Shown in pieces: positions 39,781 to 48,852 of a DNA stretch of 64,000 nt. Location of the stretch: the NCBI GenBank assembly GCA_027031495.1, contig JALVQA010000013.1:5714-69713 (forward strand). Reading direction: 5' to 3'. Numbering within the stretch: the stretch's first letter is position 1; every line of letters begins with the position of its first letter. This DNA is from Candidatus Moraniibacteriota bacterium. Lineage in GTDB: Bacteria > Patescibacteriota > Minisyncoccia > Moranbacterales > GCA-2747515. A program made the position numbers and the translations under genes. The notes beneath the pieces are model-generated. The model saw only the letters and a program-made list of their open reading frames with translations. It ran no database searches and was not told where the DNA came from.

Positions 39781-40180
39781 AAAGTATATTTTTGTTTATG
39801 TAAAAAAGTCTATCTCTATAATACATTAAGATGCACATCTGTGCCACATATACTACAACGTGTATCTAAAATTAAAAGCAATAAAAAGACAGAGCAGCGT
39901 ATCTTATTGTAAGAAAAAAAAGAAAGATAAAAGAAAAAAGTGAAAAGAAGTATAAAAAGCGCTTTCATCAAATCTTACATAGATATCATTATAGTACTTA
40001 CTATAGCTCTGTTTTTTTGTGTATTTTCTGGTTTTTTAAGTAATGCAACCGTTTTTTTGATTTCAAAGATAGAAAAAATCAAAAAATATTGTTGCGTGGC
40101 ACATCACCAGAAAATCTTATTTGCTTTTTTAATGAACTGCTTTTTTATGACAATACAAGTGCGTTGACTTGTTTACTCCT

Positions 40181-40209
40181 ATTATACTACCATCTTTTAT
40201 TTTGTGCAA
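40181..40209 (-). promoter_or_regulatory. sigma70 promoter ~400 nt upstream of the beta-helix gene
   Basis: TTGCAC-17nt-TATAAT. Confidence 0.5.
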
Positions 40210-40345
40210 TTTTGCCAAAAATACTTTTTATTGAATATCTTTTTGTGGCATAAATGCGCACACTCCTTTTTTACAAGCTGTCCATTTTGACTTTCATACC
40301 ATACTCACGTACCCTAAAAGTATACATTTGTAACAGTGCAACACC

Positions 40346-41593
40346 ATGTTAGAAAATATACGGCGTGATTTTCCCGTTCTCAGGCATCACAAAAAACTTA
40401 TCTATCTTGATACGGCAGCAAGTGCGCTCACACCACGACCTGTTATCGCGGCGGTGCGTGACTACTATGAGCACTGCAGCGCCAATGTCGCACGTGGCAT
40501 CTATGATCTCAGTGAAGCTGCAACTGCATCTTATGAAAACGCGCGTACGGAAGTTGCCACTTTTCTCGGCACACGTGCTGATAATATTGTTTTTACATCA
40601 GGTACAACCATGTCACTTAACATAGTTGCACACGGCCTTGCCCACACACTTACGCGCCGTGCCAACATCGTTGTAACCGCAATGGATCACCATGCAAATT
40701 TTGTGCCGTGGCAACAACTTGCGCACACCATCGGCTGCGATTTTCGCATTGTTAATATTACGAAGGATGGTGAGATTGACATGAATGACATGCGCGCAAA
40801 AATTGACAGACATACCGCCATTTTCGCATTTCCCTTTGTTTCCAATGTTCTCGGCACCATTACGCCCGCTGCCAACATCATTCAAACTGTCAAAACAATT
40901 AATCCGTCACTCCTTACAGTCGTTGATGCAGCACAAGCAGCGCCCCATATTACACTTGACGTAGAGCGCCTCGGCTGTGATTTTCTCGCATTTAGCGGGC
41001 ACAAACTTTACGGGCCAACCGGCATCGGCGTTCTCTACGGCACATCATCGGCACTTGCAACACTCTCGCCACTCTTTACAGGTGGTGAAATGGTGCACAC
41101 CGTAACGCAAACAGCAAGTACATTTAAAGCACCGCCTCACTGCTTTGAGGCCGGCACGCCACCGATTGCACAAGCGATCGGACTTGGACGCGCTGTGCGC
41201 TACCTCAAAGAAATTGGCATGGAAAATATAGAAGCACATGACCGCACACTTACCACATACGCGCTTACGCGTCTTCACACCACTTTTGATAACGACATTC
41301 TTACGGTCTATGGTCCACAAGCGCCACAGTCACGCAGTGGTCTCATCAGTCTTACACTTGCGCACATTCATCCACATGATATTGCCGATATTCTTAACAG
41401 CACGCACAATATCGCCGTACGTGCCGGCGCGCATTGTGCGCAACCGCTCCATACATGTCTTAATACACATGCAACAGTGCGTATGAGTTTCGGTGTCTAC
41501 ACGACACGCGCCGATATCGATGCGTTTATCGACGGCCTCAAAGATGTGCTAAAAATCTTTCACAGAAATAAATACTCTACTTCTCACTCTTAG
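40346..41593 (+). CDS. sufS: Cysteine desulfurase SufS
   Basis: YLDTAA, HHANFVPWQ, DAAQ, SGHKLYGP, FEAGTP, RAGAHCA. Confidence 0.97.
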   Translation: MLENIRRDFPVLRHHKKLIYLDTAASALTPRPVIAAVRDYYEHCSANVARGIYDLSEAATASYENARTEVATFLGTRADNIVFTSGTTMSLNIVAHGLAHTLTRRANIVVTAMDHHANFVPWQQLAHTIGCDFRIVNITKDGEIDMNDMRAKIDRHTAIFAFPFVSNVLGTITPAANIIQTVKTINPSLLTVVDAAQAAPHITLDVERLGCDFLAFSGHKLYGPTGIGVLYGTSSALATLSPLFTGGEMVHTVTQTASTFKAPPHCFEAGTPPIAQAIGLGRAVRYLKEIGMENIEAHDRTLTTYALTRLHTTFDNDILTVYGPQAPQSRSGLISLTLAHIHPHDIADILNSTHNIAVRAGAHCAQPLHTCLNTHATVRMSFGVYTTRADIDAFIDGLKDVLKIFHRNKYSTSHS

Positions 41594-42701
41594 AAAGAGA
41601 TGTGTCAATTTCTTTCGCAAGAATATTGTATGTTTGTACACCATCAAAACGTTGCGTCCCAATAAAGAGTACAGGCACCGCTGTTACACCGAATTGATTA
41701 AAGAGATGATCATCTGTGTCAATGTACGCAGAAAGTGTATTTTCATCAGCAAGACATGCATCAAAAGTATTTAGGTCAAGATTGCTAAGACGCGCATACG
41801 TCATACGCACAGCATCAGCATCTTTTACCGCACGCCATGCTACAATACGCGAAAAAATACGCGCCATATACGCTTGCGCTTTTTTCTGCTCATGTGCACA
41901 TATAAGTCCAGCATGGAGTGCGTCAGCTTGTGCTGTCTGCCGTGCAAAGTGGTAGACAATGCGCAGTTTCCGCGCACCGTATTTTTTATAAAGAGCGTTG
42001 AGTACTGTATACTGCGTCGCGCAAAGAGCACAGTCCAATCCCATAAATGCGTGTATGGTGACAGATGCATCATCACTGCCTATGGATATACCACTATCTG
42101 TCGGCGGAGCACTCTTGTAGTGCCGTGGTATAATGCCAGCCATGCTGTATGGATAAAAAGTTGCACTATTACCCTTTCGCATAAAAAATTGACGTGCCCT
42201 TTTGTAGAAATTTGTTTGTACAATCGTATCGTCAAACACAACTGCCGGCGCTGCTACAATACCATGCTCGCGTGCCCACTGAACATCATCCTCTCTTGCT
42301 ATATCACGCACACCAACCACAAAAGCCGTTGGTACGTATACATCAACATACGTGCGCACTTTTTCAAGAAATGCCTTACATTTATCGCACTGCGTGTCTG
42401 TCACAAGCGTCATTGCAACCGGCGATTCATCATAACGTACGAATGTACGCCCATTGTATGTAATAACTTTCTGGTCAGTATGAAAAAGTGCAAATTCTCG
42501 CGTAAGGCGAGTGATTGTGTATATGCTGTAAATAATCCATATAAACGCTACAAGAAAAATTGCACACACTACGCCATACCAAAGATACTTCTGTAGAAGT
42601 CTGTTGTTATTACGCAAGATATCTTTTACTTTTCTGTAGGCATCACAGAAGAAAAGCACTAGCTTTTCTTTTAACGCTATCAATTTTTTATACCTTGCCA
42701 T
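41577..42701 (-). CDS. Membrane-anchored thioredoxin-fold/DsbA-like protein
   Basis: TM, CDKC and CALC motifs, GVTAVP. Confidence 0.75.
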   Translation of the reverse strand: MARYKKLIALKEKLVLFFCDAYRKVKDILRNNNRLLQKYLWYGVVCAIFLVAFIWIIYSIYTITRLTREFALFHTDQKVITYNGRTFVRYDESPVAMTLVTDTQCDKCKAFLEKVRTYVDVYVPTAFVVGVRDIAREDDVQWAREHGIVAAPAVVFDDTIVQTNFYKRARQFFMRKGNSATFYPYSMAGIIPRHYKSAPPTDSGISIGSDDASVTIHAFMGLDCALCATQYTVLNALYKKYGARKLRIVYHFARQTAQADALHAGLICAHEQKKAQAYMARIFSRIVAWRAVKDADAVRMTYARLSNLDLNTFDACLADENTLSAYIDTDDHLFNQFGVTAVPVLFIGTQRFDGVQTYNILAKEIDTSLSKSEK

Positions 42702-42803
42702 GAAGCTTAAACTAAAACAACACTCTCACGGTACTACACTTTTTACTAGACTGCAATACTATTTATGCTAGGATAGAGAAAGATTTATGTGACATGCGCT
42801 CCT

Positions 42804-43415
42804 ATGAAAAATATGACGTTATATACATTTTTTCTCTTTCTATTTGCTACACTTATTCCATCCATCGTTGGTGCTGCAGCATGGTGGGGTGAAGGGTATA
42901 GACCACCGGCATGGGTTCTGTCACATGGTGGTACAATCATCCGCTACACCATTCACAATGGCAATCCCGATAAATACAAGGCAATAATGTACCGCAATGG
43001 TGCATATGTTGAGATAGAATTTGGCAAGAAAGCAATTTTTGACGATGCAAAAAACGGTCTTTATACAATTGTTTTCTACAAATGCCACGAGAGTTGTCGT
43101 CATCATAAATTTCACAAAAAGCAAAAATTGCGCTCAAAAGATAAGAAAGTTGCGCAACTGTCCGTTTATGCACGCCCCGGTGAAACAATTGACATTTCTT
43201 TTAATGCTAAAGCAAAACGTGCTACCATTATCAGTCGCAGCACACACGCACACCAAAATACAAGGACATCTAACCAAAAGAGAGATATCCTCTCTCTCAA
43301 AGGACGTACGCAACCTATTCATCCAGATAACACATCAAACAAGAGCACACCACATTCCACGACACACGTCCTTCAGCAACACACCTTTCCACACATAATC
43401 CTTACATCAAAATAG
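42804..43415 (+). CDS. Hypothetical secreted basic protein
   Basis: Signal peptide, open frame filling the gap before sufU. Confidence 0.55.
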   Translation: MKNMTLYTFFLFLFATLIPSIVGAAAWWGEGYRPPAWVLSHGGTIIRYTIHNGNPDKYKAIMYRNGAYVEIEFGKKAIFDDAKNGLYTIVFYKCHESCRHHKFHKKQKLRSKDKKVAQLSVYARPGETIDISFNAKAKRATIISRSTHAHQNTRTSNQKRDILSLKGRTQPIHPDNTSNKSTPHSTTHVLQQHTFPHIILTSK

Positions 43416-43418
43416 CTT

Positions 43419-43784
43419 ATGCATGCTTATCAGGACAACATCTTGGATCACTATCACAATCCGCGTTATGCCGGTACACTCACACACCCAACACATGTAG
43501 CCGACGGACATAATGCTCAGTGCGGTGACACAATGCACATTGTCTTGCGCGTTGACAATGGTGTCATTGCCGATGCGGCGTTCAGTGGTGAGGGTTGCGC
43601 CATATCACAAGCGACCGCCTCAATGCTTCTTGAACATGTCGTGCAAAAACCGGTAGATGTTTTGGCAAATATGGATGCGTCTGCTATGCTGGAATTGTTG
43701 GGAGCAGAACTCTCCCCCGCGCGTCTCAAATGCGCTCTCCTTGCGCTCGAGACCGCGCACAAAGCTCTAAAAAATGAAGTGTAA
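43419..43784 (+). CDS. sufU: SufU/IscU-type scaffold
   Basis: ILDHYHNPR, CGD, GCAISQA, RLKCA. Confidence 0.95.
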   Translation: MHAYQDNILDHYHNPRYAGTLTHPTHVADGHNAQCGDTMHIVLRVDNGVIADAAFSGEGCAISQATASMLLEHVVQKPVDVLANMDASAMLELLGAELSPARLKCALLALETAHKALKNEV

Positions 43785-43789
43785 AAAAT

Positions 43790-44053
43790 ATGAATCCACG
43801 TGATCCACAGAAGCCATTTGGCCCCGTTGTCGTTGGCGACCTTGAAATTACCGTTGATAAAGATGTGTGCATTGGTGCAAGTGCATGTATCGCAATGGCA
43901 GCGCACACATACGCGCTTGATAATGATGGCAAAGCTGTCATTCTCGACTCAGCAGATCAAGATAGCGAAGAAGCTATCATTGATTCTGCACGCGCATGCC
44001 CTGTTCAGGCCATCAAGATTAAACGCGTCTCCACCGGTGAAGAGATTGTGTAA
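43790..44053 (+). CDS. Monocluster ferredoxin, probably [3Fe-4S]
   Basis: CIGASAC...CPVQAI (CxxAxxC...CP). Confidence 0.88.
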   Translation: MNPRDPQKPFGPVVVGDLEITVDKDVCIGASACIAMAAHTYALDNDGKAVILDSADQDSEEAIIDSARACPVQAIKIKRVSTGEEIV

Positions 44054-44071
44054 TACGTCACGCTTTTTATC

Positions 44072-44404
44072 ATGGACAAAAGAGAGGAAAAAGCTAACAA
44101 AGATACGCTAAAAAAACATGTCCGTGAAGCGCTGGCGCGTGTGATTGATCCGGAGCTTAATATCCCTATTACGGACATGGGCCTTGTTTATGGTATAGAT
44201 ATACGTGATGATACTACCGCTGTCATTACGATTACACTCACAACAATCGGCTGTCCTCTCTACGAGACGATTCATGAAGATATTACGCGTGCTGTCAAAG
44301 CCATACCCGGCATTAAAGATGTTGAGATTGATCTTACATTTGATCCGCCATGGCATCCGGAAATGATGAGTGATAGTGCCAAAGCAGAGCTTGGCCTTAT
44401 CTGA
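44072..44404 (+). CDS. SufT/DUF59 Fe-S assembly protein
   Basis: VIDPEL..D.GLVY, TLT..GCP, FDPPW. Confidence 0.93.
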   Translation: MDKREEKANKDTLKKHVREALARVIDPELNIPITDMGLVYGIDIRDDTTAVITITLTTIGCPLYETIHEDITRAVKAIPGIKDVEIDLTFDPPWHPEMMSDSAKAELGLI

Positions 44405-44431
44405 CGAGAAATGCATACATGACAGCAAAAC

Positions 44432-44462
44432 AAAAAACGAATACTGCATGTATTCGTTTTTT
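44432..44462. terminator. Bidirectional terminator
   Basis: AAAAAACGAATAC-TGCAT-GTATTCGTTTTTT between convergent genes. Confidence 0.75.
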
Positions 44463-44479
44463 ATTGAGATAAAATACTT

Positions 44480-45358
44480 CTATCGTTTCATTGCGAGTAG
44501 CGCCTTAACCGCCGCAACCTGTGGCTTGCGCTCATAGAGCGGACGCTTATCATCATCATAAACACCGACTTCATCCTCAAAGACAGCACGTGTATCGGTA
44601 CGATAGAAAATGCCGAGGCCGTAGCGACCCTCTTCCGTTGCACGCGCAAACGCAGCCATACGATCAGTTGGATCATAATCATCGTCGAGAAAATACGTAT
44701 GCTCCTTAAACCATTGATACGTATTTACTTTGTTAAAAACGACACATGGCTGAAATATATCAACAAGCGAGAAACCCTTGTGCGCAATCGCAGCTGCGAT
44801 TGTTTCTCTCATATGTTGCGGTTCTCCCGCACTTGTCCGCGCAACAAACGGCGCATCAAGACTGATCGCAAGTGCAAGCGGATTGATCGGATCAACATAG
44901 ACGCCTCGTGGCTGTATGGGTGTTACAAGACCTTCTTCGGATGTTGGTGACGCCTGTCCTTTCGTTAGTCCGTAAATCATATTGTCATGCACGAGAACAG
45001 TAATGTCAGGATTACGTCGTATTGTGTGAATAAGGTGGTTGCCACCCTCACCGTACACATCACCATCACCGCTTGTAACAACAACCGTCAGGTGGGGATT
45101 GGCAGCTTTGATACCGGTTGCAACAGGCAAGGCACGTCCATGAAGACCATTGAAATAGTGGCACTTGAGATACTGCGGCAGTTTTCCTGCTTGCCCAATA
45201 CCGGAAACAAGTGTCAACATGCGCTGATCAACACCGGCATCAGCCAATGCACCTTTGATAACGCGTAAAATGGGAAAGTTGCCACACCCTGGACACCACG
45301 CAATATCTGTCTGCGGTGGCATGTCAAATACGTTTTCTTGCAATGATTGATTAAGCAT
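44480..45358 (-). CDS. 2-oxoacid:ferredoxin oxidoreductase beta subunit
   Basis: WCPGCG, LHGR, GDGD TPP motif, [14 protein letters not shown]. Confidence 0.96.
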   Translation of the reverse strand: MLNQSLQENVFDMPPQTDIAWCPGCGNFPILRVIKGALADAGVDQRMLTLVSGIGQAGKLPQYLKCHYFNGLHGRALPVATGIKAANPHLTVVVTSGDGDVYGEGGNHLIHTIRRNPDITVLVHDNMIYGLTKGQASPTSEEGLVTPIQPRGVYVDPINPLALAISLDAPFVARTSAGEPQHMRETIAAAIAHKGFSLVDIFQPCVVFNKVNTYQWFKEHTYFLDDDYDPTDRMAAFARATEEGRYGLGIFYRTDTRAVFEDEVGVYDDDKRPLYERKPQVAAVKALLAMKR

Positions 45359-45361
45359 ATA

Positions 45362-47101
45362 TTATAGTTGTGTAATATGATTTATAACTTCTTCCACAGT
45401 AAACGGCGCGCCGTTGTACTTTGCGATACGCGTATCAACTTTTATACCCAGATCACGCTCGAGAAGATCCGCAAACTGTCCCGTTACATTATTTTCCATC
45501 ACCGCAATTTTCTCCAAGCCGTCGAGCATTTCTTTTACACGTGGGTTAAGCGGATAGACTTGCGCAAAGTGCACTGCAATCACATCGTCTCTCTCCGTAT
45601 GCGCAAGCGCTTCTTGAGCGACCGCGCGATTTGACCCCCACACAATCAATGCTTTTTTTGCACTCCCATCACACGCGCCGCTACACGACGGCATCAATGC
45701 CTCTTGCGCAAGCGCTTCAAGACGTTTACGTCGCTTCTGCACCATCTGCACACGTACATCAAGGTCCTCCGTTATATGGCCGCTTTCATCGTGCTCGTCA
45801 CTATCTGCACACACAAAACCGTAGCCATAGCCCGGAATGCCACGTGGCGTAATGCCATTTTCCGTCAAAGCATATCGCTTATATCCTTGATCTGTCTCCA
45901 CAATATGCTTCTTGATCGGCATAAACGTAAAATCATCCTCATGTGCAAGCGCAAGTGAATCCATAAAATACTGATCTGTCAAAATAAATGTCGGTATTTG
46001 ATATGCATCTGCCAGCGCAACCGCACGCTGTGTACAGACAAACGCTTCCGCCGTCGTCCCCGGTGCAAAGATTGCACGCGCAAACTCGCCATGTCCCGCA
46101 TGGAGGACGAGATTAAGATCTTCCTGCGCTGTTCGTGTCGGCAAACCTGTTGCCGGTCCCGGACGCTGTGCAATGTGCACTGTCACCGGCGTCTCCGTCA
46201 TCGCAGCAAGGGAAACCGCTTCTTCCATCAGCGCAAAGCCACCACCGCTCGTTGTAATAATCGGTCGTGCACCAGCATACGATGCACCAAGTGACATGTT
46301 TATCGCACCGATCTCATCCGTTGCCTGCTCTACTACAACACCACATTCTTTGCCGTGTTGAGCGATATACGTCAATACACCCGTTGACGGCGACATTGGA
46401 TATGATGTACAAAAATCAACACCACCGGCAAGCGCGCCAAGACCAACCGCCTCATAACCTGCCATAAAAACATGTTTTTTGTTATCTTCTTTTTGCGTAC
46501 GGGCAACAGTGTCAATCTGAATATTTTGCGAGAACACCGCATGAGAACCATGTTTGTACCCACGTTCCAGAGCTGTAATATTATGCGTAATAACATCCTG
46601 CCCCTTACTCACAAAAAGCGTCTGCAACGCGTCACGCGCACCATCTAATGGCACATCAAGTAGCGCAAGAATTGCGCCCGCCGCAACTGTATTTGCATAA
46701 ACACTTCGTCCAATATCACTAGCAATCTCACGTAGCGGAATAGTTACAATGTTTTTACACGCCGCAGAACACTGACACATATCCGCCACATGTTTGTCAC
46801 CGATGATAACTGTCTTATCCGTTAAACGCGAACAATATCGCTCAAATGCGTGTCCATCAAGTGCAACGAACACGTCAACACGCTCCACAGGCGCAGCAAT
46901 CGACGCATCAGCTATGCGAACTTGCGTACTGTTGACACCGCCACGTACGCGTGACATGTACTCTCGCGTCGCAAAAACGGAAAAACCTTCCTCTTTAAAC
47001 GCACGCGTAAGAATCTTCTCAATTGTCATAATACCCTGTCCGGCCTGTCCGGCAAGAAGAATGGAGACGTCGTGAGATTCTTTTTTCGTATAGTTTGTCA
47101 T
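45362..47101 (-). CDS. 2-oxoacid:ferredoxin oxidoreductase alpha subunit (gamma-alpha fusion)
   Basis: G.AGQG, SRVRGG, YPMSPST, TSGGG, QRPGPATGLPT, ENN..GQ. Confidence 0.96.
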   Translation of the reverse strand: MTNYTKKESHDVSILLAGQAGQGIMTIEKILTRAFKEEGFSVFATREYMSRVRGGVNSTQVRIADASIAAPVERVDVFVALDGHAFERYCSRLTDKTVIIGDKHVADMCQCSAACKNIVTIPLREIASDIGRSVYANTVAAGAILALLDVPLDGARDALQTLFVSKGQDVITHNITALERGYKHGSHAVFSQNIQIDTVARTQKEDNKKHVFMAGYEAVGLGALAGGVDFCTSYPMSPSTGVLTYIAQHGKECGVVVEQATDEIGAINMSLGASYAGARPIITTSGGGFALMEEAVSLAAMTETPVTVHIAQRPGPATGLPTRTAQEDLNLVLHAGHGEFARAIFAPGTTAEAFVCTQRAVALADAYQIPTFILTDQYFMDSLALAHEDDFTFMPIKKHIVETDQGYKRYALTENGITPRGIPGYGYGFVCADSDEHDESGHITEDLDVRVQMVQKRRKRLEALAQEALMPSCSGACDGSAKKALIVWGSNRAVAQEALAHTERDDVIAVHFAQVYPLNPRVKEMLDGLEKIAVMENNVTGQFADLLERDLGIKVDTRIAKYNGAPFTVEEVINHITQL

Positions 47102-47129
47102 AATAAAATGCGTTTTTAAAACAAAATAA

Positions 47130-48629
47130 CTAATTCATATATATTGAGAAATGTGGCGCTGATATATGATTACCAAGATCATTACCTCTCTTGTCTGTAC
47201 CTATCACATTTTTCCGTGGCACGCCCGCTTTGATAAGCGCCTCAGCCTCTTTCTTAGTTTTAACCTCATACACAGGACGTAAACCAGCTTTTTCTGCGGC
47301 CTCAATAAATTTTTTAATATTTTCCGGTGTTGGTTGCGTCCCACCGGTGAAGTTCGCATCAATGCACGTTCCATTTTGATGACATTTATCATAGTGCTTA
47401 ACTGTCGGTGGCCATGCTTCTGTAATATGCCAATCAATACTCTCTTCGTCTAATTTCATTTCTAAACCCTCAAGACGTGCCGCAAGAACCGAATTGACAG
47501 CACAGTCATTTACGTCACCCTTACATGCACCTCTCTTCACTGGAAGACCATGCTCTGCAAGTTTTGTGCCATTTTCAAGTTGTGTAGAAGGGACCACCGT
47601 ATCACCACCAGTATTGGCATTGCCTGTGCCGCCGGCATTGGCATTGCCTGTGCCGCCGGCAGCTCTCTCGCGACTTATATCATCGGAAACAGCAGTAAGT
47701 TTCTCAAGATTTTCCGCAATACCGACAAGGTCGGGATTGATCGTAAAGAGAATGACCCACGAAAAGAATGCAAGAAGAAGACCAAGTGTTGCATCCGTAA
47801 TCATTTTCTTTGCGCTACCGGCCGTCGCTTGATTGCCGGCGCTAAAAATATACGTAATGCCACCAATCGTCATCATGAAAAGTGCTGCCAAGCCAACAAT
47901 TGCAATACCAACATTAAAGATAAACTTAAGGAAATTTGGCAATTTTGCATTTTCCTTACTGATGAACATACTCTCCAACGGCTCATAATCGTAACGGCCA
48001 TTGAGAATGATTGTTGAATTAACAATGATACCTGTAGCTTTTTCTACACCTTCTCTCAAGTTTTTACTCTTTGAAACATCAACAAACGTGCAATCATTTG
48101 AGTTAAAACCAGTAGTATGAGTCCACCCATAACTTTTACAGCTATCAAGATCCTTAAAACAGTTAATAGCGCTGTCTTCTTTAAAACAATATGCCTCAGT
48201 TTGTTTTACGCACGTTGCTGCTACACCACTGTTTTCACATTCTTTAATAGTGTCAAAACACCTTCCAGAAGCCATAGCATTGTTACACCATACCTCCCCG
48301 GTCGGCTTTCCATACTCCTTAGCATGTGCATCAGCTTCAAATATGTTTATGCATTTGCTATCATTACACAGATCAGCAGATTGATAACACGCAAACCCAT
48401 TGTCTATAAATTTGCAAAATTTCATTCCCTCCTTTTCTGCAAAAGCACGCTGATCATCAACTTTCTGACATGTAGCACTATTACATTGTTCTTTTTGTGC
48501 GTAACAGAACAGTGAAACATCTGTTTTTACACAGTACGCCTCTGCATGTGCACTCTGTGGCACGAGGAACACAAAGCCACTCACAAGCACTGTGAGTGCA
48601 AGAGATAGACTTCCAAGAATGTGACGCAT
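47130..48629 (-). CDS. CPR-type pilin (PF18895-like) with Cys-rich repeats and C-terminal M15-like Zn-peptidase domain
   Basis: GGITYIFSAGN..AKKMI..GL...SWVILFTINPDL; HQNGTCID (HxxxxxxD) and APH; start at MRHIL. Confidence 0.75.
   Translation of the reverse strand: MRHILGSLSLALTVLVSGFVFLVPQSAHAEAYCVKTDVSLFCYAQKEQCNSATCQKVDDQRAFAEKEGMKFCKFIDNGFACYQSADLCNDSKCINIFEADAHAKEYGKPTGEVWCNNAMASGRCFDTIKECENSGVAATCVKQTEAYCFKEDSAINCFKDLDSCKSYGWTHTTGFNSNDCTFVDVSKSKNLREGVEKATGIIVNSTIILNGRYDYEPLESMFISKENAKLPNFLKFIFNVGIAIVGLAALFMMTIGGITYIFSAGNQATAGSAKKMITDATLGLLLAFFSWVILFTINPDLVGIAENLEKLTAVSDDISRERAAGGTGNANAGGTGNANTGGDTVVPSTQLENGTKLAEHGLPVKRGACKGDVNDCAVNSVLAARLEGLEMKLDEESIDWHITEAWPPTVKHYDKCHQNGTCIDANFTGGTQPTPENIKKFIEAAEKAGLRPVYEVKTKKEAEALIKAGVPRKNVIGTDKRGNDLGNHISAPHFSIYMN
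47614..47660. repeat. 24-nt tandem repeat (~2 copies) encoding GGTGNANA linker
   Basis: TTGGCATTGCCTGTGCCGCCGGC occurs twice at 24-nt spacing. Confidence 0.85.
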
Positions 48630-48630
48630 A

Positions 48631-48849
48631 CTACTCTTCATTGATTTGTTTTTTGATTTCTTCAAAAGCATTCTCCACTTCACCAAGGCGCTTCTTGCTC
48701 TGCGCAATCAACTCCGCACCCTTCTTGATCTTCATGAGCCCCTCCTCTACATCCACATCATCGTGCGCCTCAAACCATGCTGCAATTGCATCCAGTTCTT
48801 TAAGTGCTTCTGTCAAATTGATCTTTTTGTTTACTGTTTTATTATTCAT
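48631..48849 (-). CDS. xseB: Exodeoxyribonuclease VII small subunit
   Basis: L.EA..EL..I...FE.....EEG.....KG..L pattern; follows xseA. Confidence 0.9.
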   Translation of the reverse strand: MNNKTVNKKINLTEALKELDAIAAWFEAHDDVDVEEGLMKIKKGAELIAQSKKRLGEVENAFEEIKKQINEE

Positions 48850-48852
48850 AGT

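Noticed and set aside
39781-40345. AT-rich intergenic region as oriC, and the 75-aa ORF at 39940-40167
   Set aside because: No clustered TTATCCACA DnaA boxes; the ORF is low-complexity AT-rich noise
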